A stretch of 64,000 bases of DNA from an uncultured Actinomycetota bacterium (lineage in GTDB: Bacteria > Actinomycetota > Actinomycetes > Mycobacteriales > Geodermatophilaceae): assembly GCA_963747895.1 (NCBI GenBank), contig CAVVGX010000011.1, positions 38,646 through 102,645 of the forward strand. The letters are read 5' to 3'. Positions within the stretch are counted from its first letter, which is position 1, and each line of letters opens with the position of its first letter. The notes beneath the pieces are model-generated. The model searched no databases and was not told the DNA's origin. It was given only the letters and a program-made list of their open reading frames with translations. The position numbers and the translations under genes were made by a program. Below, piece by piece: positions 37,062-45,859 of the stretch.

Positions 37062-39878
37062 GTGACCAGGGCGGGAGCGGCGCGGCAGCGCGAGGGAAGG
37101 GGCGCACTGGCCGCCGTGGTGCGGACCGTGGTCGTGGTCGCGATGATCGCGGCGGGGCTCGTCGTGGCGCAGGGCACCAGCCAGGCGGCCTACCTGCCGC
37201 CGGGGTTCGCCGTCCGCGACATGCCCAGCGGCCAGAGCGAGCTGCTGACCGACTTCGCCTTCGCCCCCGACGGCAGCTGGTTCACGACGGGCAAGAACGG
37301 CCGCGTCGCCTGGGTGTCGGCCGACGGCGCCACGGTGCGGACGCTGGCCACCCTGCCCGTGGTGACCGTGCAGGACCTCGGGCTCAGCGGGATCGCGGTC
37401 GCGCACGACTACGCGGCGTCGAAGGTCGTCTACCTCGCGCGCACCGTGCTGGTGGGCGGCCAGTGGACGATGCGGCTGAGCGCGGCGACGGTGCTGGGCG
37501 CGACGCCCACGTCGCTGGGGCCGGAGCGGGTCATCTGGGACCTGGCCACCGGGTCCGACGCGCACACGATCACCGGCATCGTGGCCGCCCCCGACGGCAC
37601 CCTCTGGGTGACCATGGGCGACGCCGCCGACTTCCGCTTCGTCGATCCCGCCGCGCTGCGCTCGCTCGACGTGGACACCGGCTACGGCAAGCTGCTCCAC
37701 GTCCGGCCCGACGGTCGCGGGGTGGAGAGCAACCCGTACTTCGACGCGGCGGCGCCGTCCTCCTGGCGCAGCCGGGTCTACGCCAGCGGGTTCCGCAGCC
37801 CCTTCCGCCTGAGCCTCGACCCCGCCACCGGCGCGCCGATCGTGGGCGACGTCGGCTGGAACACCTGGGAGGAGATCGACCTCGTCCGGCCCGGTGCCAA
37901 TTACGGCTGGCCCTGCTTCGAGGGCGACGGCCCGACCCCCGGGTACCGCGACCTGCCCGGGTGCGCCGGCGCGACGAACACCGCCCCGCTCTACACCTAT
38001 CCGCACGGGCCGATGGGCACGAGCGTGACCGGGGGCATCGTCTACACGGGCGCCTCCTACCCCGAGCAGTACCGCGGCGCCTACTTCTTCGGCGACTACG
38101 CCTCCCAGCGCCTCTACACCCTGCGCTACGACGCCCAGGGGCGGCTCGTGCGGCAGCCGGAGGCCGGCGGGTTCGGCATCCAGAACGGGCTGCCGGTGAA
38201 GTTCGGTGCGGCCGAGAACGGGGATGTCGTCTACGCCGACATCGCCGGCTCCCGGCTCAAGCGGCTCGTGTACGCCGCCGGCAACCGCCCGCCGACCGCG
38301 GAGGCGGTCATCACCAACGATCCCGCCTCGGCGCGCTCGTTCACCTTCGACGCGAGCAGGTCCGTCGACCTCGACGGCCACCCGATGACCTACGCCTGGG
38401 ACTTCGGCGACGGCGCCGGGGCGACCGGCGTCCGCGTGACCCACGCCTACGCGGGGACCGGCACCCAGCCGCTGACCGCGCGGCTGACGGTGACCGACTC
38501 CCAGGGCGCGACGGGGACCACGACGCTGACGGTCGTCCCCGGCAACCTCGTCCCGACCCTCACGCTGGTCGCGCCGCCGGGCACCGAGCGCTACGTGGTG
38601 GGGGAGCGGGTGCAGCTGTCCGCGACGGCCGTCGACGAGGACGGCGCCCTCCCGGTGACCTGGAGCGTCGTCCTCGTCCACTGCAGCGGCGGCTACTGCC
38701 ACGACCACCCGGGCACGACGTCCACCGGGCCCACGTACGACGTCCCGTTCGAGGACCACGGCGACGACACCCGCATGACGATCACCGCGAGCGCCACCGA
38801 CCGCTTCGGCGTCCGCGCCGAGCAGATCTTCGTCGCCCTGCCGCAGCTGCGGACGCTCACGATCACCTCCACCCCGCCGAGCCCGGTCACCGTCAACGGC
38901 GTGCCGCGGGCCTCCGCGCAGGTGACGGCCGGGGCACGCGTCTCGCTGAGCGCTCCCGCGGTGGCCGGCGACGGAGTCGGGCTGTTCGCCGGCTGGAGCG
39001 ACGGGCAGCCGCGCGAACGGCTGCTCGTCATGCCGGACGCCGACCTCGGCCTGTCGGCGGCCTACGCCACCCCGATCGACGTGCGCTACGCCTTCGACCC
39101 GACCGTGCGGACCCTGCTGGGTGCGCCCGTCGGGCTGGAGCGCGGGGACAGCCGGCTGCGCGCCCGGGACTACACCGGTGGGCGGCTGTACTGGACCCCG
39201 GAGCACGGCGTGCACGAGGTGCACGGCGCCATCCGGCGGGCCTTCGACGGAACCGGGGCCGAGGTCGCCTGGGGCGCGCCGCGCACCGACGAGCTGCGGA
39301 CGCCGGACGGTCGGGGCCGCCTCAACGCGTTCACGCGGGACGAGGCGCACTTCTACTGGACGCCGCAGACCGGCGCCCACGTGGTGCACGGCGCGATCCT
39401 CCGGCTCTGGCGGACCATGGGCTTCGAGCGGAGCGCCCACGGCTACCCGCGCAGCGACGAGCTGCCGACGCCGAACGGGCGCGGGCGGTACAACTCGTTC
39501 GAGAACGGCGGCATCTACTGGCTCCCCGGGGTCGGGGCGCGCAGCGTCGTGGGCGCCATCTACGCCACGTGGGGCCGGTACGGCTACGAGGGTGGCTTCC
39601 TCGGGTTCCCCGGGACCAACGAGCTGGCGACCCCCGACGGCGTGGGGCGCTACAACCACTTCGAGGGCGGCTCGGTGTACTGGACGCCGCGCACGGGGGC
39701 GCACGAGGTGCACGGACTCATCCGTGCCCGCTGGGCCGCGCTGGGCTGGGAGACGTCCTACCTGGGCTACCCGACCAGCGACGAGTACGGCATCCCCGGT
39801 GGTCGGCGGACCAACTTCGAGCGCGGGTACATCACGTTCACCCGGGCCACCGGCGCGGTGGTCGACCGGCGCTACTGA
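37062..39878 (+). CDS. Secreted multidomain protein: PQQ-dependent sugar dehydrogenase beta-propeller + PKD domain + Ig-like region + 5 LGFP repeats
   Basis: Signal/TM segment. GSDH motifs GKLLHVRPDG, YASGFRSPF, NYGWPCFEG. PKD YAWDFGDG. C-terminal repeats (G.P..DE..TPDG.GR.N.F..G.IYWTP..GAH.V.G.I...W) from about 39110. Confidence 0.8.
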   Translation: MTRAGAARQREGRGALAAVVRTVVVVAMIAAGLVVAQGTSQAAYLPPGFAVRDMPSGQSELLTDFAFAPDGSWFTTGKNGRVAWVSADGATVRTLATLPVVTVQDLGLSGIAVAHDYAASKVVYLARTVLVGGQWTMRLSAATVLGATPTSLGPERVIWDLATGSDAHTITGIVAAPDGTLWVTMGDAADFRFVDPAALRSLDVDTGYGKLLHVRPDGRGVESNPYFDAAAPSSWRSRVYASGFRSPFRLSLDPATGAPIVGDVGWNTWEEIDLVRPGANYGWPCFEGDGPTPGYRDLPGCAGATNTAPLYTYPHGPMGTSVTGGIVYTGASYPEQYRGAYFFGDYASQRLYTLRYDAQGRLVRQPEAGGFGIQNGLPVKFGAAENGDVVYADIAGSRLKRLVYAAGNRPPTAEAVITNDPASARSFTFDASRSVDLDGHPMTYAWDFGDGAGATGVRVTHAYAGTGTQPLTARLTVTDSQGATGTTTLTVVPGNLVPTLTLVAPPGTERYVVGERVQLSATAVDEDGALPVTWSVVLVHCSGGYCHDHPGTTSTGPTYDVPFEDHGDDTRMTITASATDRFGVRAEQIFVALPQLRTLTITSTPPSPVTVNGVPRASAQVTAGARVSLSAPAVAGDGVGLFAGWSDGQPRERLLVMPDADLGLSAAYATPIDVRYAFDPTVRTLLGAPVGLERGDSRLRARDYTGGRLYWTPEHGVHEVHGAIRRAFDGTGAEVAWGAPRTDELRTPDGRGRLNAFTRDEAHFYWTPQTGAHVVHGAILRLWRTMGFERSAHGYPRSDELPTPNGRGRYNSFENGGIYWLPGVGARSVVGAIYATWGRYGYEGGFLGFPGTNELATPDGVGRYNHFEGGSVYWTPRTGAHEVHGLIRARWAALGWETSYLGYPTSDEYGIPGGRRTNFERGYITFTRATGAVVDRRY

Positions 39879-39897
39879 CCGGGGTCCGCCCGGGCCC

Positions 39898-40692
39898 TCA
39901 GCGGGCGATGCGGAAGTCCGGGGCGCGCCTCTCGACGAAGGCCCGCACGCCCTCCCGCCCCTCGGGGTCGGCGGCGGACTCGGCGATCAGCTGCGCCTCG
40001 TCGTCCAGCTGTTCCTCCAGCGTGCGCGTGGCTGCCCTGCGGACCAGGGACCGCGTGCGCACCATCGCCCGGATCGGTCCGTCGGTGATGTCCGCCGCGA
40101 CCGACTCGGCGGTCGTGCGCAGGTCCTCGTCCTCCACCAGCCGGGCGACCAGACCGGTGAGATGCGCCTCGGCGGCGGTCAGCACACCGTTGGTGAGCAG
40201 CAGGTCCAGCGCGCGGGGAGCGCCCAGCGCCCGGCTCAGCGCCCACGACGTCCCGCCGTCCGGGGAGAACCCGATGGCGCCGTAGGCGGGGCGGATCTTC
40301 GTCGTGCGCGCGCAGATCACCAGGTCGCAGGCGCCCATCAGCCCGACCCCGGCCCCGGCCACGGCGCCGTGCACGCCGGCGACCACGGGCACAGGGCAGG
40401 AGAGGACGGCGCGGATGACCCGGTGCCAGTCGTGCGCCAGCCCGCCCACGAACGCCCCCGGATCGGCGGCGTCGGCGAACGAACCGATGTCGCCGCCGAC
40501 GCAGAACCGGGGACCGTTGGCGAGCAGCAGCACGACCCGGGCGCGCTCCGGCCGGGCCTCGAGGGCGGCGAGCAGCTCGGCGGCCAGGGCCGGGGTCAGG
40601 GCGTTGCCCGTCTCCGGCCGGTCCAGGGTGATCCGCCAGACGTCGCCGTCGAGGTCGCTGAGCACGTGGGGGCGGGTCTGCGCGTCGGTCAT
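39898..40692 (-). CDS. Enoyl-CoA hydratase/isomerase family protein
   Basis: ITLDRPETGNAL, FCVGGDI, G.AVGAGVGLMGACDLVI. GGGAGG RBS before ATG 40692. Confidence 0.85.
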   Translation of the reverse strand: MTDAQTRPHVLSDLDGDVWRITLDRPETGNALTPALAAELLAALEARPERARVVLLLANGPRFCVGGDIGSFADAADPGAFVGGLAHDWHRVIRAVLSCPVPVVAGVHGAVAGAGVGLMGACDLVICARTTKIRPAYGAIGFSPDGGTSWALSRALGAPRALDLLLTNGVLTAAEAHLTGLVARLVEDEDLRTTAESVAADITDGPIRAMVRTRSLVRRAATRTLEEQLDDEAQLIAESAADPEGREGVRAFVERRAPDFRIAR

Positions 40693-40748
40693 CGTCGTCC
40701 TCCCGGGGTCGGCCACCGTCACCGTAGGCGGGCGGCGGAGGCGGTGCC

Positions 40749-42020
40749 TCAGGAGCGGGAGCCGACCGCGTGCTCGGCCTGCAGTTCCTCGTCGACGGCG
40801 CCCGGTGCGCCGCCGAACTCGTCGGCGACCTGCCCGGCGACGTCGGCCGGCGCGGGGTCGTGCCCGGCCATGTCGGCGTCGGCACGCTGCAGCATCCGGT
40901 GCCCGGAGGCCAGGACCGTCACCGCCAGCACCACCGCCCCCGCACCGACGACGAACGGGACGTGGATGCCGTAGTGGTCGACCAGCTTGCCCGCGGCGAA
41001 GGGGGCCAGCCCGCCGCCGATGAACCGCACGAACCCGTAGGCCGCCGAGGCGACCGGCCGGGGGACCGGCGAGACCAGCATGACGGCCTGGGTGGTGAGC
41101 GTGTTGTTGATGCCGACGACGGCGCCGGTGGCGATGACGCAGGTGATCAGCGCCCACCGGGTGTCGGTGAACAGGCCGATGAGCAGCAGCAGGGCGGCGA
41201 AGAGCCCCAGCGCCCCGTAGAGCGAGGGCGCGGTGCCGAAGCGGGTCTGCAGGCGCGGAGCGGCCACCACCGAGAAGATCGCGACGAGCAGGCCCCAGGC
41301 GAAGAACACGAAGCCGAGCCGGACCGCCGAGAGCTCCATCGGGTAGGGCGCGTAGCCCAGCATCGTGAAGAAGCCCCAGTTGTAGAGAAGCGCGGTGATG
41401 CCCATCGTGAGCAGGCTGCGGTGCCGGAGCGCCTGGAGCGGGGCGAGCAGCGCGGTGGGCTCGGCGGGCTTCGGGGTGGCGTCCAGGAGCACGGCGGTGG
41501 CCAGCAGGGCGATGGCCATGAGGACGGCGACCCCGAAGAACGGCCCGCGCCAGCTGAGGTCGCCGAGCAGCCCGCCGACCAGCGGGCCGGCGGCGATGCC
41601 CAGGCCCAGGGCGGCCTCGTACAGCACGATCGCGCCGGCGAACCCGCCCGAGGCCGAGGCGACGATGACCGCCAGCGAGGTGGCGATGAACAGGGCGTTG
41701 CCCAGGCCCCAACCGGCGCGGAAGCCGACGATCTGGCCCACGGTGTCCGACGCGCCCGCCAGCGCCGAGAAGATCACGATGACGGTCAGCCCGGCCATCA
41801 GCGTGCGCTTGGCGCCGATCCGGCTGGACACCCAGTTCGTGCCGAGCATGGCGACGGCGGTGACCACCAGGTAGCTGGTGAACAGCATGCTCACCTGGCT
41901 GGGCGTGGCCTCCAGCTGCTCGGAGAGCGCCGGGAGGATGGGATCGACCAGCCCGATGCCCATGAAGCTGACGACGCAGGCGAAAGCGACGGCGTAGACC
42001 GCCTTCGGCTGCCGGAACAT
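40749..42020 (-). CDS. MFS transporter (12-TMS)
   Basis: FMGIGLVDPILPAL, NWVSSRIGAKRTL, GFRAGWGLGNALF. ATG 42020; an upstream GTG is possible. Confidence 0.8.
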   Translation of the reverse strand: MFRQPKAVYAVAFACVVSFMGIGLVDPILPALSEQLEATPSQVSMLFTSYLVVTAVAMLGTNWVSSRIGAKRTLMAGLTVIVIFSALAGASDTVGQIVGFRAGWGLGNALFIATSLAVIVASASGGFAGAIVLYEAALGLGIAAGPLVGGLLGDLSWRGPFFGVAVLMAIALLATAVLLDATPKPAEPTALLAPLQALRHRSLLTMGITALLYNWGFFTMLGYAPYPMELSAVRLGFVFFAWGLLVAIFSVVAAPRLQTRFGTAPSLYGALGLFAALLLLIGLFTDTRWALITCVIATGAVVGINNTLTTQAVMLVSPVPRPVASAAYGFVRFIGGGLAPFAAGKLVDHYGIHVPFVVGAGAVVLAVTVLASGHRMLQRADADMAGHDPAPADVAGQVADEFGGAPGAVDEELQAEHAVGSRS

Positions 42021-42175
42021 GCTGGAACTGCCGGCGTGGGCCACGCCGACCACCTCCGGGGGGATCGGGGAACGGTGCGCGGCGGCGGGCCTGGACCGCG
42101 CCGTCCGCGCTCGGGGCGGTTCGTTAGCCGCCCTAACGGTTGTACGACCCAACTACCGGCGGTGCAAGTCCGCGG

Positions 42176-43699
42176 TCAGAACCATGACGGGAACCACATC
42201 CGCCGCAGCCACTCGGCATTGCTGAGCGGCTCGCCGGTGAGCACCGGCCAGAAGAAGGCGAAGGTGGCCGCGACCACCGCCACGTAGAGGCAGACGGCGG
42301 CGAGGCCGACGGTCCGCCGCGTGCCCCGCCGGGGTGGCCCGAGGACGTCCTGCAGCAGCAGGGTGACCGCCAGCACGAGGAAGGGCAGCGCCGGCGCCAG
42401 GTAGAAGATGAACATCGTCCGGTCGGTGTTCACCAGCCAGGTCAGCCACCCGGCGGCCAGCGCGGTGAGGGCCACCCCCGCCGCGGGGTCGCGCCGGGCC
42501 AGGCTCCGCCAGACGAGCCAGACCATCGCCGGCACGAAGAGGAACCACAGGGTCGGCGTCCCGACCATGAGGATGTAGCGCACCACGGGCTGGCCGGCGT
42601 CGTCGGTGAGGTCCTGCGGGTTCCACAGCAGGATCGGCCGCCCGTTGACCAGCCACGACCACGGGCCCGACTCCCAGGGGTGCGGCGTCGACAGGCCGTT
42701 GTGGAAGCGCAGCCACTCGGCGTGCTGGTGCCACAGCGAGCGCAGCGCGTCGGGGACGAAGGGGAACGCCGTCTCCGGGTTCTGCTGCGCCCAGGCCTTG
42801 CCCTGCGAGGTCTCCCCGAGGAACCAGCCGGTGAAGCTCGCCAGGTAGGTCAGCACGGGCACCGCGCCCAGCGCCCACACCGCCCCGGGCAGGGAGTAGC
42901 GGGCGGCCCGGCGGATCGGCCGGGGGGCGCCGGCCTCCCGCCACGCGGCCCGGTCCCAGAGCAGGGAGGCGACCGCGAAGAACGCCAGGAACCAGATGCC
43001 GCTCCACTTCACCGCGCAGGCGGCGCCGAAGAGGAAGCCGGCCGCGATGCGCCAGCCGCGGGGCCCCAGCCGGAACCCGTCGGCCGCCCGCTCGCCGGCC
43101 GCGCTGATCCGGGCCCGCACCCGGTCGCGGTCCACGACCAGGCAGGCGACCGCGGAGACGACGAGGACCTGCAGGAAGACGTCGAGCAGGCCGATGCGCG
43201 CCAGGGTGAAGGAGAAGCCGTCCAGGGCCAGCAGCAGCCCGGCGACCAGGCCGAGGAAGGTCGAGCCGGTCAGCCGCCGGGCCAACCGGACCAGGACGAC
43301 GACGGCGATCGTGCCGGCCACCGCGCTCGGGAACCGCCAGCCGAAGGAGTCGTCGCCGAACACCGCCTCGCCGGTGGCGATCAGCCACTTCCCGAGCGGC
43401 GGGTGGACGATGAAGGTGTAGCCGCGGTTGTACTCGTGGCCCCACCGCAGCAGGTCCGCGGCCTCGGGCGGGTAGTAGGCCTCGTCGAACAGCAGCTGGC
43501 GCGGGTAGCCGATGCCGACCAGGCGGCTGATCAGCGTCAGCACCCCGAGCGCGGCGGTGAGCAGCCAGGACAGCCTCGCGTCGTCGGGCAGCGGGGGCGT
43601 CCGGTCGCGGCGCGGGCGGGAGGGCGGCCGGCGGCGTACCGCCGCGGAGGGGCGCTGCGCCGGCTCCCGCTCCTCCCGCTCGGGTGCCAGCACCGCCAT
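42176..43699 (-). CDS. pmt: Dolichyl/polyprenyl-phosphate-mannose protein O-mannosyltransferase
   Basis: PMT-family loop LLFDEAYYPPEA, HPPLGKWLIA, multiple TMs. Divergent from rsmI, as in M. tuberculosis Rv1002c/Rv1003. Confidence 0.85.
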   Translation of the reverse strand: MAVLAPEREEREPAQRPSAAVRRRPPSRPRRDRTPPLPDDARLSWLLTAALGVLTLISRLVGIGYPRQLLFDEAYYPPEAADLLRWGHEYNRGYTFIVHPPLGKWLIATGEAVFGDDSFGWRFPSAVAGTIAVVVLVRLARRLTGSTFLGLVAGLLLALDGFSFTLARIGLLDVFLQVLVVSAVACLVVDRDRVRARISAAGERAADGFRLGPRGWRIAAGFLFGAACAVKWSGIWFLAFFAVASLLWDRAAWREAGAPRPIRRAARYSLPGAVWALGAVPVLTYLASFTGWFLGETSQGKAWAQQNPETAFPFVPDALRSLWHQHAEWLRFHNGLSTPHPWESGPWSWLVNGRPILLWNPQDLTDDAGQPVVRYILMVGTPTLWFLFVPAMVWLVWRSLARRDPAAGVALTALAAGWLTWLVNTDRTMFIFYLAPALPFLVLAVTLLLQDVLGPPRRGTRRTVGLAAVCLYVAVVAATFAFFWPVLTGEPLSNAEWLRRMWFPSWF

Positions 43700-43805
43700 G
43701 CAGGTCAGGGTAGTGAAAGGACCCGCCCTGCCCCCCACCACTCGCAAGCTCGCGCCGGGGCCCTGCACGCGGGCCGGGAGCCCCCGGCGTGACAGGCTGC
43801 CCGTC

Positions 43806-44645
43806 GTGACGGGACGGCTGGTGCTGGGCGGGGCGCCCCTCGGGCAACCCGGCGACGTCGGCCCGCGGCTGCGCTCGGTGATGGAGACCGCCGACGTGCT
43901 CGCCGTCGAGGACACCCGCCGGCTGCACCGGCTGGCCTCCGACCTCGGCGTGACCTTCACCGGTCGCGTCGTGACCTTCCACGAGTCGGTGGAGCAGCAG
44001 CGGCTGCCGGGGCTCATGAGCGCGCTGGCCGACGGCGCGACCGTGCTGCTGCTCACCGACGCCGGCATGCCGTCGGTGTCCGACCCCGGCTACACGCTGG
44101 TCCGCGCGGCGATCGACGCCGGGATCGCCGTGACGTCGGTGCCCGGACCCTCCGCGGTGACGACGGCGCTGGCGGTCTCCGGGCTGCCGGTGGACCGGTT
44201 CTGCTTCGAGGGCTTCCTGCCACGCAAGGCGGGGGAGCGGCGGGCGCGCTTCACGGGGCTGGCCGACGAGCGGCGGACGATGGTCTTCTTCGAGTCGCCC
44301 CACCGGCTGGCCGATGCGCTGGCCGACGCCGCGGCGGTGCTGGGGGAGGACCGCCCGGCCGCCGTCTGCCGGGAGCTCACCAAGACCTACGAGGAGATCC
44401 GCCGGGGGCCGCTGGCCGAGCTCGCCAGCTGGGCAGCCGACGGCGTGAAGGGGGAGATCACGCTGGTGGTGGGCGGGGCGCCGGAGCGGACGGTGACGCT
44501 CACGCCGGAGGACCTGGCGGCAGAGGTCGCCGCGGAGGAGGCGTCCGGCGCGACCCGCAAGGACGCGATCCGGGCGGTGGTGGAGCGCACCGGCATCCCC
44601 CGAAGGACCGTCTACGACGCCGTCGTCGCCGCCAAGGGCTCGTAG
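43806..44645 (+). CDS. rsmI: 16S rRNA (cytidine1402-2'-O)-methyltransferase
   Basis: LVLGGAPLG...D...R, EDTR, LLTDAGMPSVSDPG, FCFEGFLPRK, FFESPHR, CRELTKTYEE. Confidence 0.9.
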   Translation: MTGRLVLGGAPLGQPGDVGPRLRSVMETADVLAVEDTRRLHRLASDLGVTFTGRVVTFHESVEQQRLPGLMSALADGATVLLLTDAGMPSVSDPGYTLVRAAIDAGIAVTSVPGPSAVTTALAVSGLPVDRFCFEGFLPRKAGERRARFTGLADERRTMVFFESPHRLADALADAAAVLGEDRPAAVCRELTKTYEEIRRGPLAELASWAADGVKGEITLVVGGAPERTVTLTPEDLAAEVAAEEASGATRKDAIRAVVERTGIPRRTVYDAVVAAKGS

Positions 44646-44657
44646 CCCGCGCGCCCT

Positions 44658-44723
44658 CCAGGCAAAGGAAGCTCTACCTATGCTTCCCAGGTCGCTTGCG
44701 TAGGCAAAGCCTCCTTTACCTGG
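44658..44723. repeat. AT-rich imperfect palindrome, copy L (26-nt arms, 14-nt loop)
   Basis: CCAGGCAAAGGAAGCTCTACCTATGC-ttcccaggtcgctt-GCGTAGGCAAAGCCTCCTTTACCTGG. 21 Watson-Crick pairs; the four C/A mismatches become G-U on the minus-strand RNA. Confidence 0.85.
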
Positions 44724-44762
44724 GGCGCCCGGTCATGGGTACCTGGGGCGCCGAGTCATGGG
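44717..44762. repeat. 23-nt tandem direct duplication abutting the DUF559 stop codon
   Basis: TACCTGGGGCGCCCGGTCATGGG / TACCTGGGGCGCCGAGTCATGGG (21 of 23 identical). The first copy overlaps the right arm of palindrome L. Confidence 0.85.
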
Positions 44763-45686
44763 TCAGCCGACGCGGAGCTGCGCCACACGAGCGCGGTACA
44801 CCTCGAGCACCTTGGCCCGGACACCCTCGGCGTCGCGGATGACGTCGGCGTAGGTGAAGCGCAGAACCACCCAGCCCAGCGCCGCGAGCTCTCGATCGCG
44901 GGCCAGATCTCGCTGCCGGTCCGCCGGAGAGGTGTGGTGGCGTGCGCCGTCCAGCTCCACGGCCAGCTTCGCCTCGGGCCACGCCCGGTCCAACCTGACG
45001 CGGCGGTCGACGAGCTGGACCGCGTACTGCCCGACGCTGGGTGGAAGCGAGCGGTGGCGGAAGACGGTCAGCACGCCGTGCGCTTCGAGTTCGCTGCGGC
45101 AGCCGTCGGCGATGAGGTCGATGACCTGTCGCAGACTGCGTCGGCCACCGACGTTCGGGCGTTCTGCGAGCGCCTCGGCGAGCTGTTCCGCGGTCAGCAG
45201 TCCGCGGTTGGCGAGGTCGAGGGCCAGTGGGCGCCGCTCCACCGGTGGGAGCAGAGGCCACGAATCGATCACGGTCCGGGGGAGGGTCGTGATGCGCAGC
45301 CCGCGACGAATGACGCACTGCGAGGACTGGGGGTCGAAGCGCAGCCGGCGATGGACGACGAGGTCCGGTGCGCCGGCTCTCTTGACGCCCTGGTCCACGG
45401 TCAGGTGCAGCGGCCGTTCCAGCGTGCGCAGCCCCCACACGGACAAGGCCGTCGTGTGGCTGAGTGCAGCGACCGGGCCGGCGTGGAGGAGCGCGGCGCG
45501 CAGGGTCGTCAGGTCGTCGTCGACGCTGTCCCGCAGCCGGTACACGCTCGGGAAGACCCGCACCAGTTGCTGGCGGGCGATGTAGCCGTCGAGAACCTGG
45601 CGAGGCAGGCGCTCGAGCAGCTGCCTCCGGGTGGCAAGACCGCCGTGCTCCCGAACTGATTCCCTGATGACCGATCTCCAGTCCAT
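44763..45686 (-). CDS. AbiEi-like wHTH + DUF559 (Vsr-fold endonuclease-like) domain protein
   Basis: N-terminus GGLATRRQLLERLPRQVLDGYIARQQLVRVFPSVYRL. C-terminus VRLDRAWPEAKLAVELDGARHH...R.RDR.L...GW.VLRF. Confidence 0.8.
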   Translation of the reverse strand: MDWRSVIRESVREHGGLATRRQLLERLPRQVLDGYIARQQLVRVFPSVYRLRDSVDDDLTTLRAALLHAGPVAALSHTTALSVWGLRTLERPLHLTVDQGVKRAGAPDLVVHRRLRFDPQSSQCVIRRGLRITTLPRTVIDSWPLLPPVERRPLALDLANRGLLTAEQLAEALAERPNVGGRRSLRQVIDLIADGCRSELEAHGVLTVFRHRSLPPSVGQYAVQLVDRRVRLDRAWPEAKLAVELDGARHHTSPADRQRDLARDRELAALGWVVLRFTYADVIRDAEGVRAKVLEVYRARVAQLRVG

Positions 45687-45777
45687 GCCGGGAGCTTCAC
45701 CCGGAGCAGCGCATGGCGGGGGCCGTCGTCGGCGATCTGTGGACAGCCCCGCTCCGGCGTACCCGGCTCCGAGACAT

Positions 45778-45841
45778 CAGGCATAGGAGGCTCTGCCTAC
45801 GGATCAGAGGGGGAATCCGTAGGTAAAGCTTCCTATGCCTG
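45778..45841. repeat. AT-rich imperfect palindrome, copy R (25-nt arms, 14-nt loop)
   Basis: CAGGCATAGGAGGCTCTGCCTACGG-atcagagggggaat-CCGTAGGTAAAGCTTCCTATGCCTG. Arms about 80% identical to copy L. Lies 19 nt downstream of the corA stop. Confidence 0.85.
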
Positions 45842-45859
45842 GGTCGACGCGGGCGGGGG

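Noticed and set aside
37463-40285. 940-aa plus-strand ORF, and the 891-aa minus-strand ORF at 37038-39713
   Set aside because: They are off-frame and antisense shadows of the 938-aa secreted PQQ-dehydrogenase/PKD/LGFP gene, which alone shows domain motifs and a signal peptide.
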